From NCBI GenBank assembly GCA_910592345.1, contig CAJVPI010000091.1:1-56048 (forward strand): a stretch of DNA of 56,048 nt. Direction: 5' to 3'. The notes under the pieces were generated by a model. That model made no database searches. It worked only from the letters and a program-made list of their open reading frames with translations, and was not told where the DNA came from. Shown one piece after another: positions 39,899 to 53,218 of the stretch. The translations under genes were made by a program, and so were the position numbers. Within the stretch, counting starts at the first letter, position 1. Each line of letters begins with the position of its first letter. The DNA is from Paraglomus brasilianum (taxonomy: Eukaryota).

Positions 39899-42462
39899 CA
39901 TATTTCCTATGTATGTATCTTATTGTTTTGTCATTCAAAACTGTTGGCCTTGTGTATGTGTTTGTGAATTCTGTTGATGTGTTATGTATGTAATGGTAAA
40001 GATAATGGTAGTTGTAGCACTTGATTGTGTGGAAATCAAACATTGTTATTCCACAGAACCTTAGTTTAATCTAAAAATATGGTATTGCAGACTTGGGTGG
40101 AAAAATAATTCCAAAGAGTTTACAGGAAATGTGATTAAAGTCTATGACTACATCATCTAGTTTGAAGTGAGAATATCCAAAGATTGAACGAAAGGCTTTG
40201 TCTGCTATCCGATATAATTAATTATTTTTACTACGCTATGGTACCTATCAGATGCCTGCGCAAGCTTTACGCTAATCATATCTTGTTTGATCTGACGACC
40301 AAGGTGTCATAAATCGTACTTATCCAAAAGTTACCGTAATAATAATCCGAATTATTACGAGAAATGCGACGGATGGCGGAATAATGCGACGGATGCACGG
40401 GAAAAGCGGCGAATAATACTCAACTATTTGCACATTCAGTTAAGTATCAGTCCGTGGAAAAATCTTGTTATCTTTGAAGATCGTGGCTTAGGATGACATG
40501 TTCTTGGGGGGGTTTATATGTTTACCGTATAAGAAGCACTCTTATTTTCGGAGGAATACGTGTATACGTCATAGTTTCTCACAATGGCTAAACACAAGAC
40601 GATGGTGTTATTTTCGGAACTATACGGTATTATCAATGTCAATGGAAATCATATTAATTAGTGCAATCGATAGTAATAGTAATATAGTTTTAGTTTGGAA
40701 CTATTTTCGATTTAGACAAAACCCAATATTAATATGGGAAAAATGTATTGGATCTAACTACGATCGGCGCTATTTAGAAAACTTTAGTTACATCGAAAAA
40801 CGACACGGTTTATTTGTTCGATTACGCAATCTCCATGTTAATTAACTTCACATGTCCATATCCAAAATAACGCGTGAGCATGTCACACAAGATTCCGTGA
40901 TTTATGACCTTATTCTGCTCATAGTACTATTGTACTATTGTTGGATTTGCAAATAAGTCAGTTTTCGATCTGATCAATTGTACTATTACTATGGCTTGTT
41001 ATTATTCTATAGCTGTTATTATCATTCCGTACCACTTCAAAAGCCAAGCCAAGAGATGGCCTCAAAGGTGTTAAACGTTTGTAACTACGTCTGGCATCCA
41101 AGTCAGCCGCGTCCGACGATAACTCGAAAGTTGCCTTTTTAGAGACTTATGAAGGAAAGAACAAAGTGTGATTGTATGTTTGGACTATTACGTTTCTAGA
41201 TTTTTTTTACTAATATTGTATTAACTTTTACATGGGTATATGTAGGACTTCAATATCACCCTAACCATCATTACTATTACTATTATAATTACTGTTACTA
41301 CCTTGCTACCAGGCAGTCGAGTAAAAATTGAGACAACACTTTATACCGCAGTTTTCAAAACTCAGTGAAATCGACTGCACAAACAAACAACCATAGCCAC
41401 AACAACAAGAAAATAACCTCTCCATCATCTACAAGAACCAACACAATTTGCATAATTACTGCAGAAAAGTCTGCACAACTAAAAAACTGCAGACTGAAAT
41501 TCCAGCACCACCACTAACAACAACATACTGTCTGAAGTCGATGATGGGTCTTGTTGTGATGGGTCTTGTAGTAAAGCATCTTGTCATAAAGCATCTTGTG
41601 GTGGGTCTTGTTGTGATGGAAATATGTTAAGCGCGTACATTAAACAATTAATAGTAATAGGTCGTTCAAAGCATAGTTCAGTCTTAATTGAATAACTACC
41701 GGAGTAGAGTGGTAGTACGAGCTAAGCCTAGTAACATTTCCCGGTTGGTGACGCGAAAGATAATATCGCTCTCTCACCCCAAAAATATACCAACCGATAT
41801 GCCAAGGACTTTATGAACCGTTGAGCATATTGAATTGATTAGGCGGCGGCGAAAGACGAACGGGGAGGGGGGTGCGACGACAAAGAGTGGCAAACTGAGT
41901 TTATGAAATCGAAATTAAGGTTGATTAAGTGATAAACGGTAGACTATGCTAATTAAGATGACATTCTAAGCGTATTGTAGGTAGTAAATAACGAAATACC
42001 AATTATAATTCCGGGTATAAACGACCACGCTAGTCGGTTAACATGGGCTTCCGTTCATAACGTCTTACATGGCAAGTTTAGAGGTAAATTCTCGTATATA
42101 TTTTGCGGTCACATATTGGTATCTTTTTCTATATTCATAAACGCTGACATTGACAGAGTTATATTAAACTGCAGTCAACAATCGTTATTGAAATCGACAT
42201 GCCTATGAATAACAAGACAAAGAAAGAAAGGAACAGAAAGGGAAAAAAATAGTAGAACAAAGAGCTCAACGGCCAACAAAACGCCAAGCGGTCCCATCTG
42301 GCTGATTAAGTTAACCGTCCAAGATTCAAAAACATGTATGAAGTCCTAGCATGTGTCCGACCTTGTTACTTGATACTTTATATGGATCCACTGTGATATT
42401 AATATTGTAAATAATTTAACTTATCTACATACAATAACCAATTAACTATTATCTTCTCAACG

Positions 42463-42832
42463 TTAGCAATTAAAAAGTTCAGCTGGCCTGTATGTTCGCC
42501 GCCTTGTTTTGCCACGGGTTGTTCCTCTTGCGTTGGAAGGCTGTTTTTCTGGAGTTGGATTTATCTTTTTGAACATTTCGCTTGCTTCATCCGCAATGTC
42601 TCTGTAAGCACTCCTTATTTTTTCTGGTTCGCGAGACCATGAATATGATATTACCCCGGATATTTGAGTCATCTTTATTCTTTTCCCTAGACGCTTGAGT
42701 TCTTTAACGTATGCTTTGCGATATACAAAGAATGGGGCCACTTTTTTTACGAGAAAGAAGTTCCGTAGGGGAAATTTCAGGAGGATACGGAAGAGTGATT
42801 AGATATTCGTTGTCTGGGCTGATAGTTGCCAT
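42463..42832 (-). pseudogene. MATA_HMG-type HMG-box gene with a one-base frameshift in an A7 run (pseudogene or sequencing error)
   Basis: MATISPDNEYLITLPYPPEISPTELLSRKK / VAPFFVYRKAYVKEL...MTQISGVISYSWSREPEKIRSAYRDIADEA. Removing one A at ~42742-42748 restores one ORF. Confidence 0.75.
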
Positions 42833-42930
42833 TGCTGGTTTTTCGATTGTTCAAGAGTAGTCGCAGTGATAGTCGTTTGGTTGTTAACTTCCCAAGAGTA
42901 CTATCAGTGATGTAGATAGATACGATTATA

Positions 42931-44660
42931 CACTTAACGGAAAAAAGTCTCCGGACACTTTATTTATATATTAGCGAGATAAACCATATTAGAAAACTCT
43001 GCCATAAATAGTTAGGTAACCAAAAATAGTATTACAAACATAGAGGTCATATGAACATCGGCGTGTGAAGTTTTTTCGCCAGTAAACTTCAAGACACCAA
43101 GGCTTTTCAAGGACGTAGGTTATTGCCTCAAACTTAGACAATAGATTTCACGCTTTGATTTACCAAAATTGAGTTTTTTATAAAATAATTGAAAACTGTC
43201 CGTACAAAGAAGTTTTATATACATAAACTCGATTTTCTAAACAACAAAAAATGAGGCCATTTGTTATATACTTTGTACGAACAGTTTTTCAATTATTTTA
43301 TAGCAAAGAGAAGCCAGTGTTGGGGCTGCGACTATCTCTGTTCACGTGTCTAGAGCTATCGTTGCTCCTGCTCTACAGTCGGTTCGCTCCATGGATTACT
43401 CAGAGGGATGTGGAAGACGACACATCCTCTTGCATTATGCTGTTGTGATAGTATTTACTGCGCTAAATACAAAGAAAACTATAATAGTAACTTCGTTAAA
43501 ATAAGTAAATATACGTATCACTCAACCAATGGTTCCGTTTGAATATATTGCGAGAGACATGTATTCCCAATTTACAGTCAGTAAAATGTTGTTTCGCGTA
43601 GGTCATCAGATAACATTAAATCATAAACAATAAACAAAAACCCTTTATCAATCCTTTTCAATCCATACTTAATGATTGATTGATTGGATCTGTCAAAAAG
43701 GAATCAGAATTCTCTCAAATTGTCCTGCTCAATCATCTGATTAAACCCGATTAAGGAATTTATGGAATGAACTACAAAGGCGAGTGCAAATACAAAAGTA
43801 TTTACGATTTTGCCGATCAATTAGTAAAGCATATGAAAAAAAATATTTTTTTTTGTTCAAAAACCTCTAGTGTCTGTACGTGATATGTAAGTTACAATGA
43901 TTTTTGCATTGGTTTGAAGCTAATTGGTTGTGCTTTTCGAAAACAATAATGCAAAAGTTCAATCAGTTACTAGCCTTGTTCCCGTTTTGGCCCCTCTGAT
44001 TGGTGACCGCAAAATCATGTGATGGGACAAAAAAAAAAGCAAGGTCCTTCGTTCCATCTCCAAAACTCATGTGTTGTACCACGATGTCAAGTATGTCTGT
44101 TAATGCAGAGAGGAAAACTGAAAAAGGATGATCCTTCCTCTGAAAACCCATAAGCGACGGAACGAAACACGGAAATTTGTCCTCAATTTGCGCATTCTCT
44201 GATTGGCTGTTTTCAAATTTGTGCAGATCAGAATTGAACAGGGCTACTGTAACGAAGGAGTCACTCGATGAAGTGGTGACATTATGTTACAAATATGATT
44301 TTCATATGTGTAACATAGATACTGTCACTACATCTTTCTCTGCAGCTTTAGAACGATAATGGGACTGAATATTTCACTGATTAGCTTCAAAACAGTACAA
44401 AATTTACATAGTACGTACAGAAACTAGAAGTTTTCAGAAAAAAAATTTTTTTTTCATATTGATCGGCGAAATCGTCAAGTGAGTGTATATGGCGTCAAAA
44501 GAAGAGTGGGAAAACATTCCTAGACAAACCTATAAGAGATTAATCAATAGTATGTCTAGACATGTTCATGTATGTATTGAGAGGCGGGGATCCAATAAGC
44601 TATTAAAAATTCTCAGTAAGGCTTAACTAATAAAGTGTCCGGCGACTTTTTTCAATGAGC
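42931..44660 (+). mobile_element. Decayed Tc1/mariner transposon (host of a nested insertion)
   Basis: TIR cores GAAAAAAGTCTCCGGACACTTTA (left) and TAAAGTGTCCGGCGACTTTTTTC (right), TA-flanked. Remnants CPAQSSD/LNPI/NLWNELQRRVQ (~43720-43790) and EEWENIPRQTYKRLINSMSRHVHVCI (~44500-44580) match Tc1 WPxQSPDLNPIENLW and the C-terminal motif. Confidence 0.8.
43793..44485. mobile_element. Non-autonomous TIR element (MITE-like) nested in the Tc1 transposase
   Basis: Imperfect inverted repeats of about 80-100 bp (ACGATTTTGCCGATCAAT..CTAGTGTCTGTACGT versus ACGTACAGAAACTAG..ATTGATCGGCGAAATCGT), TA on both sides, splitting the transposase remnant. Confidence 0.75.
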
Positions 44661-46453
44661 TATGTTTAAAAAGCACTGGGAAAATATCTAATTGCAACCG
44701 ATATTTAATCCCTAATTGTATGAAGTTTGTGAACGTGGAATCGATCAGTACCAAATCATACTATTTTATGTACTATACTGTATTCAAAAAACTCACGGCA
44801 AAGCGTTGAATGCTACCCGACAGATATTGCTTGAGGAGTATACAATGATAATGGGAAAGAGATATTATTCGCGTGCTCCATATATATATGTTGCCATACT
44901 TGATTCCATGATAGGTTTAATTTAAACTGTTTATTATGTGGTACTAGTACTGTTTTCGATAATCACACAACGTCAGTTATAAGCATATATTAGATATGTT
45001 GTTCTTGCATAAATGTAAACATACCCTCGGACAATATAAAAAAGGCATTGCATTATTCTGTTGGTTATCCATTAATAATATGCATATCAATATTATCATA
45101 AATTTGTTGATAGATTTCGAAAGTTCTTTCTTGTATTGCAGAAGTTCAATTTGTTTATTTCTAATAAAAATTCCACCAATCACAAAATCGACAAGTTTTA
45201 CTCCAATTAACGATTAGAATTAAAAGGCTAAGAACGACGTTATTCATTTGTTAATTCCAAAGCAGAGAATTTAACACCATGTTTGCGATAATAACCAACT
45301 TCTGCATCGAATTACGAGTGTGAGAAAATGGTTTACAGCCAGTCAGAAGCCTTTTTAGCCATAGCGTCCGTAAATTGAGTTTTTTACACTCCATCTTTGT
45401 TTACCATTATGTAACGCCAAGGTCAACAAAAGATCAAACAATAGACAGATACCAATCAAAGTTATCAATAAAATCACTAACTGATAGAACGTAATTCAAT
45501 AGAAACATGCCGAGCCCTATCAAAATGACATAATAAATTATACCTTTTGTATCCGTATGAACCAACAAAGACCCATTTATCCATATTATGAAACGTGTAG
45601 GCTACTACTTATCTCATATGTTCATTTAATAACTCTTATCATAGCATATTACTTGTATTGCATGCATCCAAGATACCATGCTACTCCTCTTTGCCTTTCC
45701 CCAACATTCAAATGCGCGAGTTTGAATTTAAAGTCATGATGCATTATATGTGAAGCATGCGGAACCCTTTTATTACGTTTCTATTGTTTGTGCCCACGTG
45801 GTTTTCAACTGGAACCTTTTACAGTCGATTAATTTATGCACTTGGCTATAAAGGGCATAACTCCTACGTCAAGTGTCTTACAAGCCTTGCCTTCTTTAGC
45901 CAAGACGGTCAAAACAAACATCTGTACATTAAAATTAAATTTGCATATTTTACATGCATTGTACATCTCCTACTGACATATATGCTCAAGATCGCAAGGA
46001 GACATGTCCGCACATACTATCAATAGGTTTCCGTCTTTAAACAGGCCGGACTCAAGAAAGAAGGGACTTTACCATCAATCAGCATTACTATAACTATCTA
46101 GATAAACCCAAACAATTGTACTCGTTCTTGTATCACATCACCACTTTTACCGACTAAATGGACCATACAGAGAGTTTAACTGTTGTGATATATTACTTAT
46201 GTATGGCGAGAACTTTTTTAATTACTTTCGTCACCAAGAGTAATTCAATGCATATCACGAGTATATAAATGAGTTGGATAGGGAGAGAATGGTGCCCGCC
46301 TTTAGTTGCGTAGGGATATTCCTGTTATCGCTTTGTCTGGAGAGAGTTAATTACACCCTCATCCAACTTTTTTATGTCATTCCTTTCTTCAATTCATCCT
46401 ATCACATCCTTCTCCCTCACCAATAATCGCTTAACAATCAATACAATTCATTA

Positions 46454-46497
46454 CCCTCTATATTCTCACCCTCTATATTCTCACCCTCTATATTCAT
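46454..46497 (+). repeat. 15-bp tandem repeat (CCCTCTATATTCTCA) x~3 upstream of the membrane-protein gene
   Basis: Directly visible. Confidence 0.85.
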
Positions 46498-46621
46498 ACT
46501 CTCACTACATTCCCACTTTTTTCCATAAAATAATATAATTTTCGGGTATCCCATTCGGGTGAATAGCATTTACGATAATCGCATCCTAACTACTTTCGTT
46601 CATTAAGTTCAATTTTGAATA

Positions 46622-48249
46622 ATGAAATACAATGCGCTCATAACAGTAGTGTTGGTAGTAATTGGCTTGATAGCCATTGCTACGGCTGCACCTCAAGGTA
46701 ATTCTGGCAATTGCATTCTCACGTACGTTTATTGCTTATACATTACGTGCGCATTTGACTAACTCGATTATATATAGCTGTAAGTGCTATCGATGGGTCC
46801 ACACCCACTGCCGCCCCTGCTGGACAACCGGCTGCACCATCTGCGATTTCAGGTACGACAACCCCTACATCCCTCGCAACATCTCCCGCAGCCACTCCAG
46901 CAGTCCCAGTTCCATGCATTCCCAATCCAACAGATGCTTCTACTCCGACATGTTCGGACACTACTACATACTGCGATCTACCTAGCGGACTGTGCCAGCC
47001 GAAAATTACACTCGGGCAAGCATGTAGTGCTGACGTCAATTGTGAATCAGGTTATTGTGGGTCAGGTGTATGTGCTGCCTCACCGAGTTCAAGCAGTAAT
47101 CAAAGCATTCATATCGTGATGATAATTGGAATAGTCATTATTACAGTTAGTTTCATTGGACTGTTAATATGGGCTTGTCGTGCAAGACAAAAGAAACGTC
47201 AGTCGCATACTCGCAACAGTAGTGTCACAAAGAAATCGGCTGGAGTTGCTCCTAGTCCTTCTGATGACTCACTGACATTAGAAAAGAAAAAGATGACCCA
47301 ATTCAGTAATCCGTCTACAAGATACTTGAGCAGTGACCCAAAAGCTCTTCCAACTCATTATAGACTCAGTTTGGGTGATGTATTGGATTCATTTAATGTA
47401 AATCTTAGTCCGATACCGGAAAATCCATCAGCCGAGGAATCAACCGAGGAATCTTCCGAGGAATCCGAAGTACCCTCACCAACTTCGACTCTTGTATCTC
47501 CACAAGCTGCGCATTTGTCCGAGAAACGTACGAGCACTGGGTGGTCATCAGTGGATACGATGAGTCTCATGAATAATAATGTTACTCTTCGCGACTCGAG
47601 TACGCTTGGTGATACATTGCTAGATGATGTGTTGATAAGTGACGACAGCAAGTCCGAGAAAGGCTCAGTTTACGTAGTATTTCCCATAACGAACAAGCAG
47701 CAGGCTCAGCAGCAGCAAGACGACTTGGTAAAGTCGGTAAAAAATCTAAATGCAAAACAAGGCGGAAATACACGAGAACGGTTAGCGTTAAGATCACGCC
47801 ATCCCAATAATGCAAGGGCTTCTGTCATATCGTCTGCAAGCAGTCAAACCGAATTTACAACCGACATTATGTACGGACTCGACAACTATATGGACGCTAA
47901 TGGCCTGGAGTCATCCCAAAATTCTGCGGGTAGATACAAAATGGCCTCGATATATTCGACATACTCTAGAGATTACGACATATTCGCTAATTTGCCTGAC
48001 CTTCCCTCTCCCAAAGTAATCGGTTCTTATCCGATTTCGGGATCGCCAGACTCTCGTGTTGGATCCTGGAATAGTAAATCACTGGGAGTGATTGATGAGA
48101 ACTCCACCGAAGATACTTGCATTGAATCCGTCTGTCCCCGAGCTTCGACCTACACATTGAATGTTCCATTTATCAAAAAGCTGTGTGAAGATACCACGTC
48201 TGTACCACTACCAGCCACTAGAACATCAGTAATTTCCAATTCTGTATAA
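46622..48249 (+). CDS. Single-pass type I membrane protein: signal peptide, Ala/Pro/Thr stalk, 8-Cys domain, TM helix, long Ser-rich tail; exons 46622-46697 and 46778-48249
   Basis: MKYNALITVVLVVIGLIAIATAAPQ, in-frame intron, then C-x11-C-x6-C-x6-C-x9-C-x5-C-x4-C-x4-C, TM IVMIIGIVIITVSFIGLLIWAC and stop-transfer RARQKKR, continuous with the 377-aa ORF. Confidence 0.85.
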
Positions 48250-49066
48250 GTTAGATGTAATCTTTAGCTACACTCAACATGTTTAAATAATAGATCAATA
48301 CACCTTAATTATTCATTTGCATGTATACTTATTAGATTTAATTTCCTCATCTAAACGTAAAAACACTGCAGTTTGTAGTTTGTAAAGAAAAGAACTGATT
48401 CTTGGCAATAAATTTGGGCCCTCATTTGTAATTGTAACTTTAAAAACCGGATGTGATATTTGGTTGTTCGATGATCATCTACACGAGTTTTTTAAGCATG
48501 TTACACCAATTTTCATATATACCGCTTTGGGGGACCCCGCTTTTGGAAAATACTCTCGTTCCTCCCCCAACCCTTTTTTTGATCTGAAAAAAGTCATATG
48601 ATGCTAAGTCGGAGAATGTGTAATTTTAAAACACACCGGGCAGAGTAAAACTCGTCAATTACACTTTCCCCCTCAGGCACTACCTTTTTGGCCATAGAGA
48701 AAAACATACTCTTTCGACTGCTTTTCCGTTCAAACAATTGTTCATCAGTTATAATACTGATGAAACGCTGGTCAAGAACGCTAGAATGAAGATTTTCTTG
48801 AAGGAAGCTTTGTGTATTTTTTGAACATTCTGATTAGTGACAATTTCTCGCCGCCTTCCTAGGTGAGAAAGACTTTCAACGTTTTCTTTTCCTTCTCTAA
48901 AGTGGAATCTCTGACGCGATTTTAAAAATCAAAGTTCACGAGAGGGACTTGCCATTGCTTTTAATGTCTTATTTTCAAGTCGCGATTTCTCTACAACCAA
49001 CAATGCAAATTTGTTGTAAACAAGCGTCACGTGGTCAAAAATAATCGTAAATACGCATCTTTCCCG

Positions 49067-52000
49067 ATGGGAAAGAAGATGAACATGTCGGTACATATAT
49101 CGAACATTCCCTTTCAACTGACAAAAGCTCGGCTAATTGAGGCCTTGTCCCCCTTCATAAGTGGCAAAATTACGGAATGCTATCTTAAAAACCATGCCAA
49201 ACTTTATGGATGTAATTGTGGACGGGCGACTATCCATTTTGAGCAAGAGGAAGACGCCGAACAGCTATTGAGGAGAGCTCGATACAACAAACCCATGTTG
49301 CTTGGAAGACCATTAACCATATCCAGGGCCAAAAAAAGAACAATACATAACGTAGCGGCGGGAACGGAATATTTAGTTGATAGCTTGGAGTTGGGAAGCT
49401 GGAGCGGTGTATCAGTCGCAAATAAATACAAAAGGCGCAGTAAAAATGAGGAAATAGTTTGGACATTCTTGTCTGAATATAAACATTCAGAATATTGGAA
49501 GTTACAGGTCCAGAAAAAAGAATTTATTAAGCTTATCGCAGAAAATGAGGGTCGTCCGAATGTAATATACATTAACGCTAGGGTACTTGACGAACAATGT
49601 AAAGGCGTCATCATAGATACGTCTCGAGAACATCGAGACGAATTGGTAGTATACCTTACTCTAAAACATCCACCCGAACTACATAAACAGCTAGAGCATG
49701 TTCTCAATGCGAATATTAACATGTATCATGACGATAATTGGACAGTATGGTCGCGTTGTGGCGATTGGACAGGTGACCATAACGTCTTTGGTCAGTTCCT
49801 GGTATATCGGCTGGTCCTTAAAGAAAATATTCAGACAGTCAAAAAAGCTCTGACAACGATCGATGAAAATCTACAGGACTGCCCGGTAAAGTACAAAAAC
49901 CCACATCCTTTGGATGAAACGATGGACGGGGTTATATATCCACTCTTACCGTTCAAGATTAACTTCGAGCTTGAATGCTTACTTTCGCACAACGTATTGA
50001 CAGTGCGCGAAGTGTTTGAATATAATTTGCAAAACAAGCTTTTGGACATTATTGAGGAGAAAAGCGTCGATTTTGCATGGTTCTGCCTAAACCAGCTACC
50101 AGTATATTATTGGGATCCGGCTGATGCACAATATAACAGGAGACCCATTTCGTATTTTGACGAAGTCTTGGCATCTTTAAAAAATGATCCTACGCCGTGG
50201 CGATCAAGCAAAGAAAATGCCAGGTACGCTTTAGTAAACCATGCTACCGTCACCCCAACGAAAATCTTTTACGAAGGACCGATATACGAAACATCAAACC
50301 GGATTCTCCGAGAATTTTCGCAATATACGGATAGGTTTCTTAGAGTTCGTTTCGCCGAGGAAAATCTCGATAAATTGTTTGCGGTAGAGAATATGAGATA
50401 CGTATACGAAGATCGAGTCCTAGAGATATTGAAATGTGGATTTCGATGCGCTGGAAGGCATTACGAGTTTCTGGCCTTTTCGTCTTCTGGGTTGAGGGAA
50501 CACGCCTGTTGGTTCGTTGCTGCAGATGGCGATTTTTCCGCTGCAAGTATTCGCGCATGGATGGGTGATTTTAGTGATATTAGGTCTCCTGGTAAGCATG
50601 AACTGGAAATGAAAACTTGCTGTTTTTATTTTCTGGTTATTCAATTGGGAATCCTTTTCCTTTTTCTTCTTTTTTTTTTAAAAAAAGTCAATTTAACAAA
50701 TGTTTGGTTTTTTTTTTACTTACCAGCACTGCTTGGAGCCAGAATGGGCCAGACGTTCACGTCTACCGTAGGCACCATTGAAGTCAAACCTGACCAGGTC
50801 AGGTACATTGACGATATTAAGCGGAACGGACACGTGTTCAGCGACGGATGTGGGCAAATCTCTCACAGTCTAGCTGAGAAGGCGATAAAAAAGTATTGGG
50901 GCAAGCGAGATGTTGTAGATAAGGAAATTCCGTCGGTATATCAAATAAGATTCCGTGGATGTAAGGTATGCATTAGCTTATACTTTGTTCAAAGGTGCAA
51001 ATCTTTTGAGTCATTATTAATCCTCGAATTATTTATAGGGCGTTGTCGCCATTGGTAGGGAGTTGGAAGGAGATGTCCTCTGCATACGACCGAGCCAAAA
51101 AAAATTCGAATCGCACGAATCGTATACTCTAGAAATAGCGAAAGCGGTGAAAGCCCCTCAGCAGGGACATTTGAATAGGCAAATCATATTGCTTTTATCG
51201 AACCTCAAAATCCCCGATAGTGAGTTTCTAGAACTACAGAACAATCATCAGTCGTTTATCGAATCTATGATGCAGGATTCGAAACGCGCTGCAGAAGTGA
51301 TTCGCCAGATCAGTAGGGACGGGTCGCATCAAACAAGGACAATATTAGAAATGCTCAAAGCGGGGTTAATGGATGAAGAAGAGCCATTTCTAGAAGCCAT
51401 GCTCGAGGTGAAAAAGTTATTTACGTTAAAAGACTTAAAAAACAAAGCCCGAATCGAGGTACCGTCGACGTTCCTTTTAATGGGAGTGATTGATGAGACC
51501 GGGATCTTGGAACCCGACCAGATATATGTGCAAACGTCGTCCATAATATCGGAGCACCAATCCTTCAAAGGGGATAAAAAGGTGCGAAGAAAACATCGTG
51601 TATGGACAGGAAGGTCCATTGTAACACGAAACCCATGTCTGCACCCAGGTGAGTTTGCATGATTCACAACGGGTTGATTTATGTTCTATTGATAATAAAG
51701 TTAACGTGACGATATAATGGTTTTTAATTTGTCAGGCGACGTATCTGTATTACGGGCCGTAGATGTGCCGGAATTGAGTCACCTGAGAAACTGCATAGTT
51801 TTCTCACAAAACGGAAACTCGCCCGTAGTCAATTCTATGGCTGGAGGTATGTAGCGTTAATCATGTCGTAGCCGTTATTTCAATCCTAACCTAGACTGAC
51901 TCTTGGATGCTACTCTCTACATCAGGTGATCTAGGTAGGAAGCGTGTCAGAAAACAAACTTGGTTTGAGACAGACTTTTAATCATGTTTTATTACTTTAG

Positions 52001-53054
52001 ATGGGGACGAATTTTTTGTGTCTTTTGATGAGCGGTTAATACCGACAGAGACGTACCCAAGTCTGGATTATGAGGCCCCGCAAAGAAAAGAATTAGATAG
52101 GCCCGTAAATATTTACGACATTGCAGAATTCTTTCGCAATTTCATGGAGAACGATCGGCTGGGGACGATATGCAATAACCACCTGACGTTAGCCGATCAA
52201 AAAAGTCTTGGAGTATTCTCCCCGGAATGCATCGAGTTGGCCCAAAAGGTAAGCAATAATTTAACTGTAAAATATGCTCTGTAAGAGAAGTAGGCTAATC
52301 GGTCTATTGTAAAGGCATCCATGGCCGTGGACTTTAACAAGACAGGTAACTATAACAAATTATATATTCTCAAAATTTTGGTGGATGCATTTTACTGACA
52401 TGCAAGCCCGTACCAGGCGTTCCTGTCACAGGACGGTTACCTACGTCCCAGGAGTCTCCTGACTTTATGGAGAATCCGACAAAGACCAAATACGAATCCC
52501 AGAAAATTCTGGGAAAACTGTATCGAAACATTGATTTAGATGAACATCGCGACAACGAAAAGCGATATTACAGAAAATTTCCGATTAGACCATTTGGTCG
52601 GTTCGTTGAGTACGGCTATGCTGAGTACATTGACGATGCGTTGGCGCAACGAGACAGTTATAATCAGGAAGTTCGAAACTTGATGCAACGATACAAAATA
52701 AAGTCTGAACCGGAAGTGTTCACGGGGAGTATTTTAAGCGTGAAAACATGTGGTCGGCATTTATACGATGTCAGGGATGCCATCGCATCCGACATGGCTA
52801 TCCGCATAACCCGTTATCGAAGAAGTTTTAAAAAGGAGTTTGAAGAAGAAGAAGAAGAGGACTATGATGATGAGCTTGGTGCCCATGTACCGATTCCTAT
52901 TAACCACGAGACGAAAGCCAAGGCGTCAGCTTGGTATATGGTGACGTACGATAGGATAAAGTATCCCGACGAGTATGCCGAAAACGAGAAAGATTGTTTA
53001 TTATCCTTTCCGTGGATAGTCTCGGACATATTGCTTGACAAGTGGAACGCGTAA
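49067..53054 (+). CDS. Eukaryotic RNAi RNA-dependent RNA polymerase with N-terminal RRM (about 8 exons)
   Basis: RRM-like VHISNIPF..GRATIHF; RdRP motifs ETSNRILR, FLRVRFAEE, YEFLAFSSSGLREH, ARMGQTF, FSDGCGQIS, YQIRF.GCKG, TRNPCLHPGD, GGDLDGDEF, LGTICNNH, AVDF.KTG, PDFME, ILGKLYR, KASAWY, SFPW. Confidence 0.95.
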
Positions 53055-53218
53055 CATAATTGGAAATCGTCATTTTGTAAATATATAAATGCTTTAATAA
53101 TATTTATGTAATTAAAGGAAAGCGAATGAATTAACTAAATTCCATGCTCACCTTGTGTTTATAAATTGAGTTACGGTGCTTGTCATGTCTAGAGTCAGAA
53201 GTGTATTGTATCGCCTTC

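Noticed and set aside
40440..40845. Possible Kelch-repeat relic (TLIFGG, VYLFD)
   Set aside because: Too degraded to support.
42463..53054. HMG gene near an RNA-metabolism gene as a Mucorales-type sex locus
   Set aside because: That locus is flanked by tptA and the RNA helicase rnhA; neither is seen here, and HMG genes are abundant in this lineage.
49067..53054. Viral or endogenous-virus origin of the RdRP
   Set aside because: It has the cellular DLDGD motif, an RRM and spliceosomal introns, not a viral GDD palm polymerase.
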